DNA from: Neovahlkampfia damariscottae
Lineage: Eukaryota
Length of the DNA stretch: 64,000 nt
Direction of reading: 5' to 3'
NCBI GenBank assembly: GCA_016618085.1
Contig: JABLTG010000115.1
Coordinates: forward strand, 1-64,000
Under the pieces are notes generated by a model that did no database searches, was not told the origin of the DNA, and saw only the letters and a program-made list of their open reading frames with translations. Position numbers and translations under genes: made by a program. This document shows positions 38,603-49,500 of the stretch, piece after piece (positions within the stretch are counted from its first letter, which is position 1; each line of letters opens with the position of its first letter).

Positions 38603-39279
38603 ATTTTATTTTTGTTGTTTTTGTAATATTCTTCTTTGTCGGAAAATGAATCACCAAAAGTATGTATAATGAAGTGGAAAACAAAATTTTACCAAAATTT
38701 CTTTGTTTGGATTTTCTGTTAAATATCTAATGAATGTTTCTCCGTCATCTTTGGTTATCATCACAGAACTAATATTTATATCACTAACAGTACCATTGAA
38801 TGACATCATATGTAACTCACTAAAAGTCAAAAAACAAAAAGAAAATACCTTATATTATTTACAACAACTAAACCTTTTCCACCATTTTTTTGAACTAATC
38901 TGGCTTTATCTTTTTTAATTCTTTAAATATAAAGGAGTAAAATTACCTGAAAAATTGCATAACTTTTGGAAAAAAGAAAATTAAAAAAATGTGAAATATT
39001 AAACTCCTCTTCTTGTCAAAACGACTGTATTTTTGATGTTGTTTTGGATTTCATTACATCCAAATTCTGGGTATGCTATTGATATTGGCATTGCTTTACA
39101 ATTTGATGAAAGATAAGGAGCTCCAAAAACTAATTTTGAATTTGAATAATTTTTTTTTTCAAACGTGCAACTGTGAATTGATATGCTCCTTCTAGATGTA
39201 GAGGTTTCATAACTGTGAAACAATTTACACTAATAAACATCAGAAAAAGAAAAATTGTGCAGAATTGTGTCTGCTTCAT
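38603..39279 (-). CDS. Small secreted PA (protease-associated) domain protein; 3' end approximate
   Basis: Signal peptide; A.FG, AYPEFGCNEIQN.IKNTVVLTRRG; several short introns. Confidence 0.6.
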
Positions 39280-39318
39280 CACAACAAATAGATTTGATTT
39301 GTCCAATAACAATAGAAT

Positions 39319-39732
39319 TTATTCATGACAAAAGTAATGAATAAATTTATCTGATTTTATCTCCAAATATGTTTTATCATCTATTTTTTTGTATTCTTCA
39401 AACCCAATTCTTTTCAACCATTCATACATTATTGTCCATTTATTTGGAAAAGTTGAAACTGTAATTTTTTCGATTTTTTCTTTTTTTATTTCATTAGTTA
39501 ATTCTTTTAATAATTTAGTACCATTTCCTTTGATCAATGAACCCATTAACCAAATATGAAAATTTTTTTCTGTTCTTTTTTCAACAGCCAAAAATGATTG
39601 ATCATTTAAAATGAATATTTTGAATAGTTTTCGGTTTTTCCAGGTTTCTATGTTTGAATAAGTTTCATTTTTTCCAAAAACTTTTTCATAAACTTCAATG
39701 GCTTTTAATATCTCTTCATCATTGATGTTCAT
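39319..39732 (-). CDS. GNAT-family N-acetyltransferase
   Basis: HIWLMGS..KGNGTKLL, ITVST, MYEWLKRIGF. Confidence 0.7.
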   Translation of the reverse strand: MNINDEEILKAIEVYEKVFGKNETYSNIETWKNRKLFKIFILNDQSFLAVEKRTEKNFHIWLMGSLIKGNGTKLLKELTNEIKKEKIEKITVSTFPNKWTIMYEWLKRIGFEEYKKIDDKTYLEIKSDKFIHYFCHE

Positions 39733-39771
39733 GATTGGTTGAAAAAATAAAATGGATTTCTTTGACTTTTG

Positions 39772-41480
39772 TTATTTATTCTCAAAAATTTGTTTCATCC
39801 ATTGTAAAATTTCATCATTTGCTTTTTTGGCTTGCGGTACAATTTTATACTGTTTAAGATTAATTAAAACGTTAATATTCGAACCAAATGTAAATAACCA
39901 TGAGCAATGCCATCATAAACGTTTAAGTATACAGGTACATTACATTCCTCTAATTTATTAGAAATTGAAATTGAATCATCCTTGAAAAAAAAATATTACA
40001 AAATTTCGTATAGAAAATTACTAGTAATGGATCAAGACTACCAACTGAAATGAAAGTTGGTGGATACTTTGAAATGATATCCTTTGGTGTTTCAGATGGT
40101 GAAAGAAAAAAATTCTTCCCTTCTTTAAAAATATTGTGTTCTGAATTTTGATAAGCCTTTAACAAGAGAGGTAACATTGAAATATTCAATAATGGATCAA
40201 TTAATGAAACTAACCTTGAAAATGAAAAATTCAATGAAACATTTGTTGAAGGATAACATGTCATGATAGCATCTGGTATTCTAAAATTGTTTTCAATACA
40301 CTTGATTGTGTTTTAATCAATTATTTTAATACCTTATTCATAACTCCAAATGCAAGATTTCCACCTGCAGAATCTCCTGTAATGATGATTTTCTCAATTC
40401 TTTTTATATCTTCCAAAAATTTTAATCTCAAAATAATTTACATTCATCATTTTTAATCATCCATTGATAAGCATAATAGCATTCATTCAAAGCAACTGGA
40501 AACTTGCTCTGTGGTGAAAGGGAATAATCAACACTAAATATTGGAGTGTTGAGCTGATTTGACCAATTTCGTAAATAGTATTCATGTGATTCTGAACTCA
40601 TTGCGACATAACCTCCTCCATGAATTGAAAATATTACATTTTTGAATTGAGTCAAATCGGATGAAGGAGATAATAACCTGATATTAATAATTTCACCTTT
40701 ATACGGAATTTCAATGGTTTTTGATATTGAAATTCTTGGGTTGATCAATTTCATAAAATACTTTGGTAATCCAGTTTCCAAGCTATTCCAGAACTGTTTT
40801 CCAGTTTCAACAGTAGCATTTTGATGAAACTCCTTTGTCTGAAAAGTGATTTTCAAAAAAATTTCTTACCTTCAAATTAGCAGCTGTCTTATTGATCAAG
40901 AAATAAGGAAAAGATAAATAAAAAAGTAGATTTTTTAGAAATGATTTATCGGATTTGAAATATGTTATACTATTGTAATATGATGCTGTTGATGTGATTA
41001 TAATTCTCAAAAACAATCGAAATTGAAATTGGTACTGGATTGAAATTTTTTTAATTTTTTTTCACTTACTTCCTGGCCTATTTGTGAATAAAATTCTATT
41101 GGAGTCATGAATTCAGGTACATTTTGATCATTTGTGAAAATTGATTTTCCTTCATTTGTTTTTTCAAAGATTTCGATTGACAAACCAATTAGTTTGTCAA
41201 GAAAATGTAGTTTTTTCAAGTTTTGTTGGTAATTTTTGTTTTTATAATGTAATTTCAATGTTTCTTCAAATATATCATGTGTTGAACATTTTAAACCTCG
41301 TAATTGTAAATTGTTTAATTCTAAGTTTTGGATTTTTTCAAAATTTTTGAGGTGTATTATTTTTTCACTTTTTAATGTTTGATATAATGTGTTGATATTT
41401 GAATCTAAATTCTCTCGTTGGTGTTTGTCAAAGTGAATTTTTAAAAACTTTTTTCTCAACAACCCAGTACAACGAAACAT
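39772..41480 (-). CDS. Hormone-sensitive lipase-like alpha/beta hydrolase
   Basis: HGGGYVA, HEYYLRNWS, SVDYSLSP..KFP.ALNECYYAY, GDSAGGNL (~40358-40381), LDPLL|DD, HGY. Confidence 0.9.
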
Positions 41481-41609
41481 CTTCCAGAGAATGAAAATAA
41501 TTGGTTGATTTCAAAAAAGAAAAAATGTTAACAAGAAACAAGTTCGGTTGAAAAAATCTTAATTTCATGTAATTAAATAATTTTTCTGTGAAAATTTAAT
41601 TTTAATCAT

Positions 41610-41867
41610 TTATTCATTCAAAATTTCTTCAATAGTCGTTTGAAGTTCAATTGTTTCTTGTGGATCTTCGTCTATTTCTTTTTCGACTTCTGACTGTACC
41701 TCATCCAATACAACGTCCTTTGGCTGCTCTTTTAAGCAATTCGATGTTGTTTCAAATTGAATAGCTCTGAGCTCTTCAGATAGCTCATTTTCTTCTTCAG
41801 TCATACCATTCAGAGTTTCTGTTGCCTGAATTGAAATATCTTCTGAAATAGTATCTTGGTTGCTAGA
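41610..41867 (-). pseudogene. Orphaned 3' end (85 codons + stop) of the RhoGAP gene, cut off by the element insertion
   Basis: Open frame SSNQDTISEDISIQATETLNGMTEEE...EEILNE* starts at the TSD, is in frame with ORF 46564-47670 and has the same Glu-rich composition. Confidence 0.85.
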
Positions 41868-42042
41868 AGTAGTAGTAGGGTTTTGCTCTTTTTGGAAGAG
41901 TAAATTTTACATAAACAAAGAGTAGAAAAACCCATCTCAAATTTGGCCTAAATTTTTTGAACCCAAACCCAACTACCAACCAGCGCAACTCAACAAAAAT
42001 ATAAAACTCATCTCTCTACGACGATAAAAATTTCTGTTTTAC
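41868..42042 (+). repeat. Left terminal inverted repeat
   Basis: 41868-41931 is the reverse complement of 46536-46599 (3 mismatches); 42009-42042 matches 46506-46536 (3-nt indel). Confidence 0.95.
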
Positions 42043-42092
42043 GAAGTAATTGCGAGTATGAGTTTATTCAGCGAAGCTGAATGGACGAATAA

Positions 42093-43169
42093 TTATGTGA
42101 TTTTTTTGAATATCATCTTGATGGTTGTCAAAGAATCACTTGGAACTTTCAATGGAAATATTTTTCCATGAACATCTGAATAGTACATTTGAATATCGAC
42201 GTCTTTTAATTCCTTGCTTGTTTCTAAATCAATCCATTCATATTCACTCACTGAGAAATTTTGTATAGACCTACTATGTAAGGCATTTGATACTTCCAAA
42301 TTAAATTCGAAATTTTTGAGGATTTTTTCACTGCTGAAACTAGTTGAGTTGTAGAAGTCAAATGTAGAATTGAGAAATTCAGGTCTTATTGGGATTGAAT
42401 TAGTAGTGAATATCAAGTTTCTAACTTGGAAAAATTTATAAATGGTGCAATATTCTCCTCTCACGATGATTGAGGTTACTCCTGTGCTGGTGTTTATCAC
42501 AGAATTTCTCGTATGTACCACGGTATTTGTGATACTGTTATTTCCATTGAGGAAAATATCAACTTTTGCATATCTTCCTTGATCTAAATCAGTTATTGAG
42601 TGAGTGAAATTGCCAAACATACTCCAGAGTTTTTTGTTCATGTAGAATTTGTGAGTTGCCAATAAGTTTGCAAAATCACTAGGAAATACAATGTCTACTA
42701 TTGATCTATCACGATTAAACATAAAGTATGGAATTCTTGCAATATTTACAGAAGTGCCAGTACATGTTTCGACAATAGCTTTGTTAACTATTTGCAAAAA
42801 CTGATCAATGGTAAATATCCTGAAATCGCTGGATATATTTGTGTAACTTTCAAATTGCAAATATGCTTGTTTTACTGTTCCAGATCCATCATCTATGGTC
42901 ACAGAATAGTAATTGTTGTCTGCTGTCGTATAGGTATTGTTCAACGCAAATGCTGAATATTCTGTAGTTGGAAAGTTCATGATTGGGATTTCAGAAGTAT
43001 CAATTGAAAATCTTACAATTGCCAATTTATAATCAAATCCAGACTCAATGAGATCAGAACCTCTTTTTTCAGTATATCTAAATTCTTTTGGATCTTCACT
43101 TTTATTTACTACTCCAATATTGTAGTAAATGTTATCTCCTGTTTGTTGTAAATCTGAATAGCGGATCAT
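42093..43169 (-). CDS. Virophage-type minor capsid protein (penton)
   Basis: NIYYNIGVVN...FRYTEKR...DYKLAIVRFSIDTSEIPI; IFTTNSIPIRPE; C-terminal YEWIDL....L.DVDIQMYYSD..GKIFPL.....TIKMIFKK, matching my recollection of Lavidaviridae pentons; 358 aa, intact. Confidence 0.8.
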   Translation of the reverse strand: MIRYSDLQQTGDNIYYNIGVVNKSEDPKEFRYTEKRGSDLIESGFDYKLAIVRFSIDTSEIPIMNFPTTEYSAFALNNTYTTADNNYYSVTIDDGSGTVKQAYLQFESYTNISSDFRIFTIDQFLQIVNKAIVETCTGTSVNIARIPYFMFNRDRSIVDIVFPSDFANLLATHKFYMNKKLWSMFGNFTHSITDLDQGRYAKVDIFLNGNNSITNTVVHTRNSVINTSTGVTSIIVRGEYCTIYKFFQVRNLIFTTNSIPIRPEFLNSTFDFYNSTSFSSEKILKNFEFNLEVSNALHSRSIQNFSVSEYEWIDLETSKELKDVDIQMYYSDVHGKIFPLKVPSDSLTTIKMIFKKIT

Positions 43170-43222
43170 TTATATCTTTGTTGAAAAAATTTTAAATTCA
43201 AAAACAATTACGAAACCAAAAC

Positions 43223-43823
43223 TTAAAGATGCTCCAAATGGTCAAATAATAAGACTACAACGACATCGTCATAATTCACACTCTTGCTTTTGGTGAGTTT
43301 TTTCAATTTTTCACTGCATCGTCCATCAATTTTTTGTATTCTGGTAACATCAGTTCCTTATGTAAGATTCTATTGGAACAATGAAATCCACAAGTTTGTA
43401 CAGATGGTCCTTGAAGCGATGTTCATTGAAACTGAGTTGATAAGGCGAGTTGTACATCAAATAACTTAAATATTTGTGGTCTTGTGCCTTTGAAATCTGA
43501 GGTTGCACAAAACCTTTATAATTTGCGAGTTTCAATTGTTTGTCTGGAAACAATCCATATAGATCAAAGAATTCAACCAACTCTTTTTTTTTATGAAATT
43601 TATTTTTTTCTGTAAGTTTATTAATACAACAGTAATGTACATAGGTATCTGTTTGATGGTACATAATGATTACACTTCCATTATTCACATGAAGTAGGTT
43701 CTCTAAAGTATCATATTGATAAAGTTCGTGATAAGAAAGCATTTTATGTCGTTCATCGAATATTTTTTCAATCTGAGTATTGCTAAGTGGATACTGTTTC
43801 AAGAATTCAAGTTTACTTTGCAT
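43223..43823 (-). pseudogene. Virophage/adenovirus-like maturation cysteine protease with two frameshifts
   Basis: YPLSN, catalytic H (VHYCC), D (EFFDLYG); a 1-nt shift at ~43414 restores QGPSVQTCGFHCSNR (catalytic Cys); a second shift near 43305 gives ..NYDDVVVVLL..* ending at 43223. Confidence 0.85.
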
Positions 43824-43928
43824 TTGTATAATTCAATTGATATAATAATTTTAAATTAACAAGTTTCTGTTTCAAATTATACTCATAGGTTGACTAATTT
43901 TATTCATAAGTTTGGCAAATTTGAAAAA

Positions 43929-44775
43929 ATGATTTCTATTGGCTACAGATTAGACCCAAAAGCAAAACCAATTGCTTATGTTAAGGGTAGAGTTGATGAT
44001 GATAAAGTTATATTCTTGAACAAAGAGAACTTGGATAGTACACTTCAAGAAAAACAAGTAGAAGAAAAAAAAAGTTGATTTGTATGAATATAATTCAGAA
44101 ACTGAACTTCAAAACAAATTGAAAAAAGTTTATGGTGGAAAAATTCGTTTGACTGGTAAAGACTATAAATTAGTTAATCAATTGCTAACTGAGAATATTG
44201 AACCTCAAGATGAACGACTAAAAAAAATTTATAATTTAATGAAGCCAGAAATTGAAGCGAGAGAAGAGAAATCTGAATATATTTGCTATGATGGAATTTT
44301 ACAACAGTTGGCAAGAAAAAACGAGAATGGTGACATTATTTCAAGACAATATGTTGCTGCTCCAAGTGAATCTGGAAAATCAACTTATCTTTCGAAATTG
44401 GTTCAAGAATACAAAAGATTAAAACCGAAAGCTAAAATTTATTTATTCAGTGACACCCCAAAAGATCCAGTTCTTGATAAACTTGGTGTTATTCGAATCA
44501 AATTAGATGAAGAATTAATTGAAGATCCAATTGAAGCTGAAGAACTTGCAGGTGGTGAAGAATCCGATTTTCATAGTTTGTTTATATTAGATGATATTGA
44601 CAGCATTATCAATAAAAAAATATTCAAGCAAGTTGCAGCTTTAAGAGATCAATTGTTGCAAAAAGGACGTCATCATAAAATCAGCGTTATTTGTACAAAC
44701 CACAAAATCACATCTAAAAACACTTCAATTATTTTGAATGAATCACAATTTATAACTTTATTTCCAAAAGGAACA
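43929..44775 (+). pseudogene. FtsK/HerA-family (A32-like) genome packaging ATPase; frameshifted and C-terminally truncated
   Basis: N-terminal KPIAYVKG...KVIFL; frameshift in the A9 run 44065-44073; Walker A APSESGKST; Walker B LFILDDID; KGRHHKISVICTNH; ILNES..ITLFP. Confidence 0.88.
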
Positions 44776-45240
44776 TGCCTAAAAAATTTTAGTTACATTT
44801 TTGTTGGAAGTACAACAAAAAACCTAAATGTTCGTTTTACAGGACATAAGTCAACTTATAAACGCGGGGATTGCATGAGTCGAATTCTTTTCAGAGAAGA
44901 TGAAGAAAATTGCCAAATTATGTTGATTGAAAATTATCCTTGTAACAACGAGTATGAACTAAGCTTAGAGACATATTGGAAAGAACAACTTGATTCTGTG
45001 AATAAAAATAAACCGACAAGAACAGAAGACAAGAAACAATACTTTAAAGATTACGCCATAAAACATAATTTACATGAAAAGTTTGATTGTGAATGTGGAG
45101 GAAAATACACGAAGATGAACAAGAAAATCCACGAAAAAACTAACAAACATAAAAGTTGGGTAAAAAACAAATCAAAAGAGACAACTTGGAAAGATATTCC
45201 AGAAGAAATTGTACATTTTCATAAGTTTTTTTATCAATGA
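44776..45240 (+). pseudogene. GIY-YIG endonuclease fragment with C-terminal CxCG zinc-binding motif, in frame with the ATPase
   Basis: YIFVGSTTKNLNVRFTGHKS, LIENYPCNN..EL...E, VNKNKP, FDCECGGKYT...K.IHEKT.KH; the N-terminal GIY half is missing. Confidence 0.8.
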
Positions 45241-46281
45241 GTTTTGAGATGTGTTGATCCAATATAATTTTAATTCACCATTTTCTTCAATAAAATTGTT
45301 GGTTGACCATGGATTATATAAAGTTGATTGATAAATCATATATCCATTGTACCATTGTTTAATATCATCAAATGATGCTTTTAAATCAGATTCTTGAAGC
45401 ATAATTTGAATTTCCGAATCAGAATATCCGAAAGAAGTGCTATAACGTTGATTCAACATTGTAAATTCTTTAAAGTTATTAACTCCAGTGAATAAATTTG
45501 ATTTTGCAATACGTAATATTCCAGTTAATATTGCTTTATGAAGGTATCTATTATTTTTGAGTGTTGAACTAAATAAATTTCTCATAAAACTTGTAACATC
45601 TTCTAAATATTTTTGTTCATCTTTAACATAAGCTATTTGGAGAGGTGTATCATATTCATCTATTAAAATAAAAACTCTTTTTTGATTTGAATATTTATAA
45701 AGCATTTCAGAGAGAAATAAAAGTGACCATGAAAGATTAGTTTGTTCTTTTTCACCATTAAGATATTTGTTAAAATCGTTTTTTTCGTCACTGTCAAGCT
45801 TTGAAAGAATATATTTGTGTTCTCTGTAAAGTCCTTTAATAACGAAGCTAAATTGTTGAAGAAAAGAGCTAAAATCATTTGTTGTTAAATCTTTGAAGGT
45901 AATATAAATAACTGGATATTTTCCTTGATGTTCTTTCAAATATTTTCCATTTTCAATTTTTGAAATTTTATAATCTTCAAATATTCCTTTTGTTTCTTTG
46001 TTTAGAACAGAAGGAGAAAAGAAATGTTGGATCATGGACATGTTAAGTGTTTTGCCCCACCTTCTTGGACGTGTAATTAAAACTACTTCTGACGGATCAT
46101 TAACAAGTTCTTTAATCATTAAAGTTTTGTCAACATAAAGAAAGTTTTGGCCACCAATAATTTTTCTAAAATCATCAACACCAATTGGTGGTATCTTTTT
46201 GGAATAAAAATTAAATTTTTGAAACGCAACAACTTGTTGAACTTGTTCAAAAACATGATCAATGAAAATGATTGGTGACAA
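45172..46281 (-). pseudogene. Bacterial-type AAA-ATPase-like protein (PF09820-type), 3'-truncated, located inside the element
   Basis: PIGVDDF, YVDKT, RPRRWGKTLNMSM, GKYPVIYITFKD, ILIDEYDTP, LTGILRIAK, WYNGY, YNPWS, YWINTS; ends abruptly without the usual PD-(D/E)XK domain. Confidence 0.85.
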
Positions 46282-46505
46282 AAAAAATTTTACTTTTTTG
46301 TAATCACCAAATTATTTCTTTTTTATTTTAAATTAAAAATCAATTCAAATTTTTTAGTTTTCATTTGGAATTGTAGAACACTCAAATTTCCAAAACACCT
46401 CACAGCTGTTGGCTTTATATTTTTTTTGTTTGTTGTTCATTGGCGGATTTAAAAAAAAATTTTTTGTTTATTTTACAAATAAAGGAAACAATGAATCGTG
46501 TATCT

Positions 46506-46599
46506 GTAAAACAGAAATTTTTATCGTAGAGAGATGTTTTTCTACTCTTTGTTTATGTAAAATTTACTCTTCCAAAAAGAGCATAACCCGACTACCACT
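46506..46599 (-). repeat. Right terminal inverted repeat, lacking ~77 bp present in the left TIR
   Basis: Reverse complement reads AGTGGTAGTCGGGTTATGCTCTTTTTGGAAGAGTAAATTTTACATAAACAAAGAGTAGAAAAACATCTCTCTACGATAAAAATTTCTGTTTTAC. Confidence 0.95.
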
Positions 46600-49500
46600 G
46601 TTAGATTTATTGAGGCTTTCTTGAACTTCTGGTGAATCTTTTGGTTGCTCTGAGACAATTTCTTCAGTTGTTAGAACATCAATTGACTCTTCCAAAACAA
46701 TTTCTTGATTCTCTTTTAAAGAATTTAAGCTCTCATCTACTTTTGGGGATGAAGTTTCAACATCTTCTTGTGGTATTATCTCTGTGGATTCTTGAACAAC
46801 CACTTTTATGTTTTCATTCACTTCTGTTTCAATTTCATCAGAAATTTCTTTCGTTTCTGTGATTTGAATTTGAACTTCGTCTTTCACTGATTCTACAGTG
46901 ACTCCTTCAATTGTTTCTGATACTACTTGGGTTTCAACTTTCAAATCAATTTCTTCAGTTATTACTTTTTCAATTGCATCAAGGTTTTCTGTAGTTTCTT
47001 CAATTTCAATCATAGAATCTTGTTGGATATCAATGGATTCTTCAATTACTTCAACTAATTCAATTGTTTCTACTTTAGTTTGTTCTTTGACTTCTAAATT
47101 CACAGTTTCACCATTCAAAATATCTTCTTCTTTAATTTTCTCTTCACTATTTGAAATATGTTCTTCTTCTGAAAGTTCTTTCTGAATTTCTTCTTGTGGA
47201 AAGAAATCTGGAAATAAATTCAACATTGAAACAAAAACTGATTGAATTCCATTAACACACATAATTTGTTTCATTTCATCCTGAGGTTTTAATACACCAA
47301 TACCAAAAACAACAGCAAGATTTTCATTTGTCATCATATTACTTGTTGATTTTTCTTCAATCTTTTTACACAATTTTAACAACTCAAACAACAAATATTG
47401 ATTTGGTTTTGGAATTTCTGCAGTTAATTTTTTAAGAAGTTCTAACTTTTCTTCATTCGAATCCAAATTTGAAACATTTAAAAAGTCATCAAATTTTTCA
47501 TAAGTCAAAATTGGAATTGGTAATTCTCTAACGTATTGTTTAAAAGCAGATCCAATATCATTGACATCTTTAGTATATTTTTCAAATGGAATTTCTTCTC
47601 CAAGGTCAATTAGATCAATAACTTTGTCAACTTCAGCTTTAGTCCCAGGTACTCTAAAAATACCTTTCACATCTTTAAAAAGAATTAACTTTTAATAGAT
47701 TTACCTGGAGCATGAATCATAAGAAAATCAATAAGTTGCTGTATTTTACGTGGAACTTTACCAGTTTCTGTACTTCTATTCATCACTTTAATTAGATCAA
47801 CACGAAATATTTGATAAATAGCACTTGCTCTAACTTCTTTTAATTTTGAATATCTATCAAATAATTCATCTTGTTTTAAATGATCTAATTGTTGAATGAT
47901 AGGGGGTACAGCAATAAAAAAAACTTTGTTATCAACTACATAATAAAATCTTTCTTTTGAAGCAACTAAAATACTACATTTTGAACTCAAACGAATTGGT
48001 GTTGGATCTCTAATACTTTTAAAGTTATTTCTATCTTTTGGTGCAGTTGATCTTGGATTGAATACATTTTTGAATTCAATACATTTTGTTATTCCTTTAC
48101 TACTATCAATAGAACCTGCTACAAAAGGAAAACAAACAGCCATTTCTTCAGGTTCATGAACAAATTTCATATCTGAATATTTAGCTGAGAAATGTTGTTT
48201 ATAATTTTCAACATAAGGTATTAATTTATTACCAGATCCAAGTTGTAAAAATGCAGGTAAAACATAATGATGTGATTTGACTAAAACAGTGAATGCATTT
48301 TTATGATTAGTACGAACAGCAATGAATTCTATTTGTGGGTTTTTCATTTTATCTTTTGCTTTTGGCCATGCAACTTTTGAATTAATAACAACAACATCTT
48401 CACCAATTGTATTGATAAAATATTCTTCTTTACTTGCTTCATTTGTAAATATCAAATATTTTTGACATAAAAACAAACTAGAAATTGAGAAAATAGCAGA
48501 GTAACTTTTAGACAAAAAAATTAAATTTTTCAATAATTAAAAATACCTTCCAATTAAGACTAAATTTAAAATTGGTTTTAATTTAACAGTAGCATATTCA
48601 TAAACATCAATATTTTTTGATTTATTTCCAAAAATTGCGATTCTATGAAGACCTCCTTCATGATCTCTTGTTTTATCCAAAGTGAATAAAGTTAAACTAC
48701 CAGACCTTAAACCACCTGAAATTACACCTTTTTCAATGAAAGAATAAGCTCCTTTGTTATTTTCATCTTCATTATAATCATTTTTTAAAATCAAAGTTTT
48801 GAAATGAAGCATTGTAACACAATCATTTGATAAAAAAAATAAAAGTGAACAATTTTCATCTGTTTCAATTTTTATAATTGGTTGTTTTTCTTTTGTTTGA
48901 TATTTTGATATTTCTATTTTATTTAATGAAAGAGAATCATTTGTTTGTACTTCAGATATTTCATAACAAATAATTTCACCAGTAGTTGTTCCAACATACA
49001 AGTAACTATTTACACAATGTAGTGTTGATATTTTATCATTCATTGAAAATAATTCTTCACTTGTAAAATGATATCTTGGTAATTTATCATTTGTTGTAAA
49101 AACACCTTCTTTTGGATGATCATAAAAATTATAAATTTCTTCTTTTTCTTGAAATAAAAGACCTGTTAAAGATGATTTTCTTGATCCTGTATCTGGTGTT
49201 TGTCCTCCTTTTGAAATTGCCATTGAACCTCTTCTTGCAAAATTATTTAAACTTTTTCCAAATTCCATAATGACAGAACCTCTTTTGGCTGTTTTATTTG
49301 GTTCTGTGGATTCTTCAAATTTTAATTTTTCTCCAACACTTGCTGTTCTTCCTTTTTTCTTTTTCCAGAGTAATTTGTTATGTTCGTCAAAACAAACTTC
49401 AAGCCATTTTCGAAATTCTTCAAAAGTTACTTCATCATTTGGAAAATTATCTTTCAAAACTGTTGTTTGATAATTCTTATCCTGTATTTTTTTTACGACT

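Larger units (their letters stand above)
41868..46599. mobile_element. Endogenous virophage/Polinton-like element, internally deleted and non-autonomous
   Basis: TIRs with 61/64 identity over the outer segment, AGT-repeat termini, 6-bp TSD GCTAGA (41862-41867)/GTTAGA (46600-46605); encodes penton, cysteine protease, packaging ATPase and GIY-YIG; intronless. Confidence 0.92.

Noticed and set aside
41868..46599. Element as contaminating free viral or bacterial contig, or as an autonomous element
   Set aside because: The TSD and in-frame host gene halves show integration; no MCP, integrase or polymerase is present, so it is not autonomous
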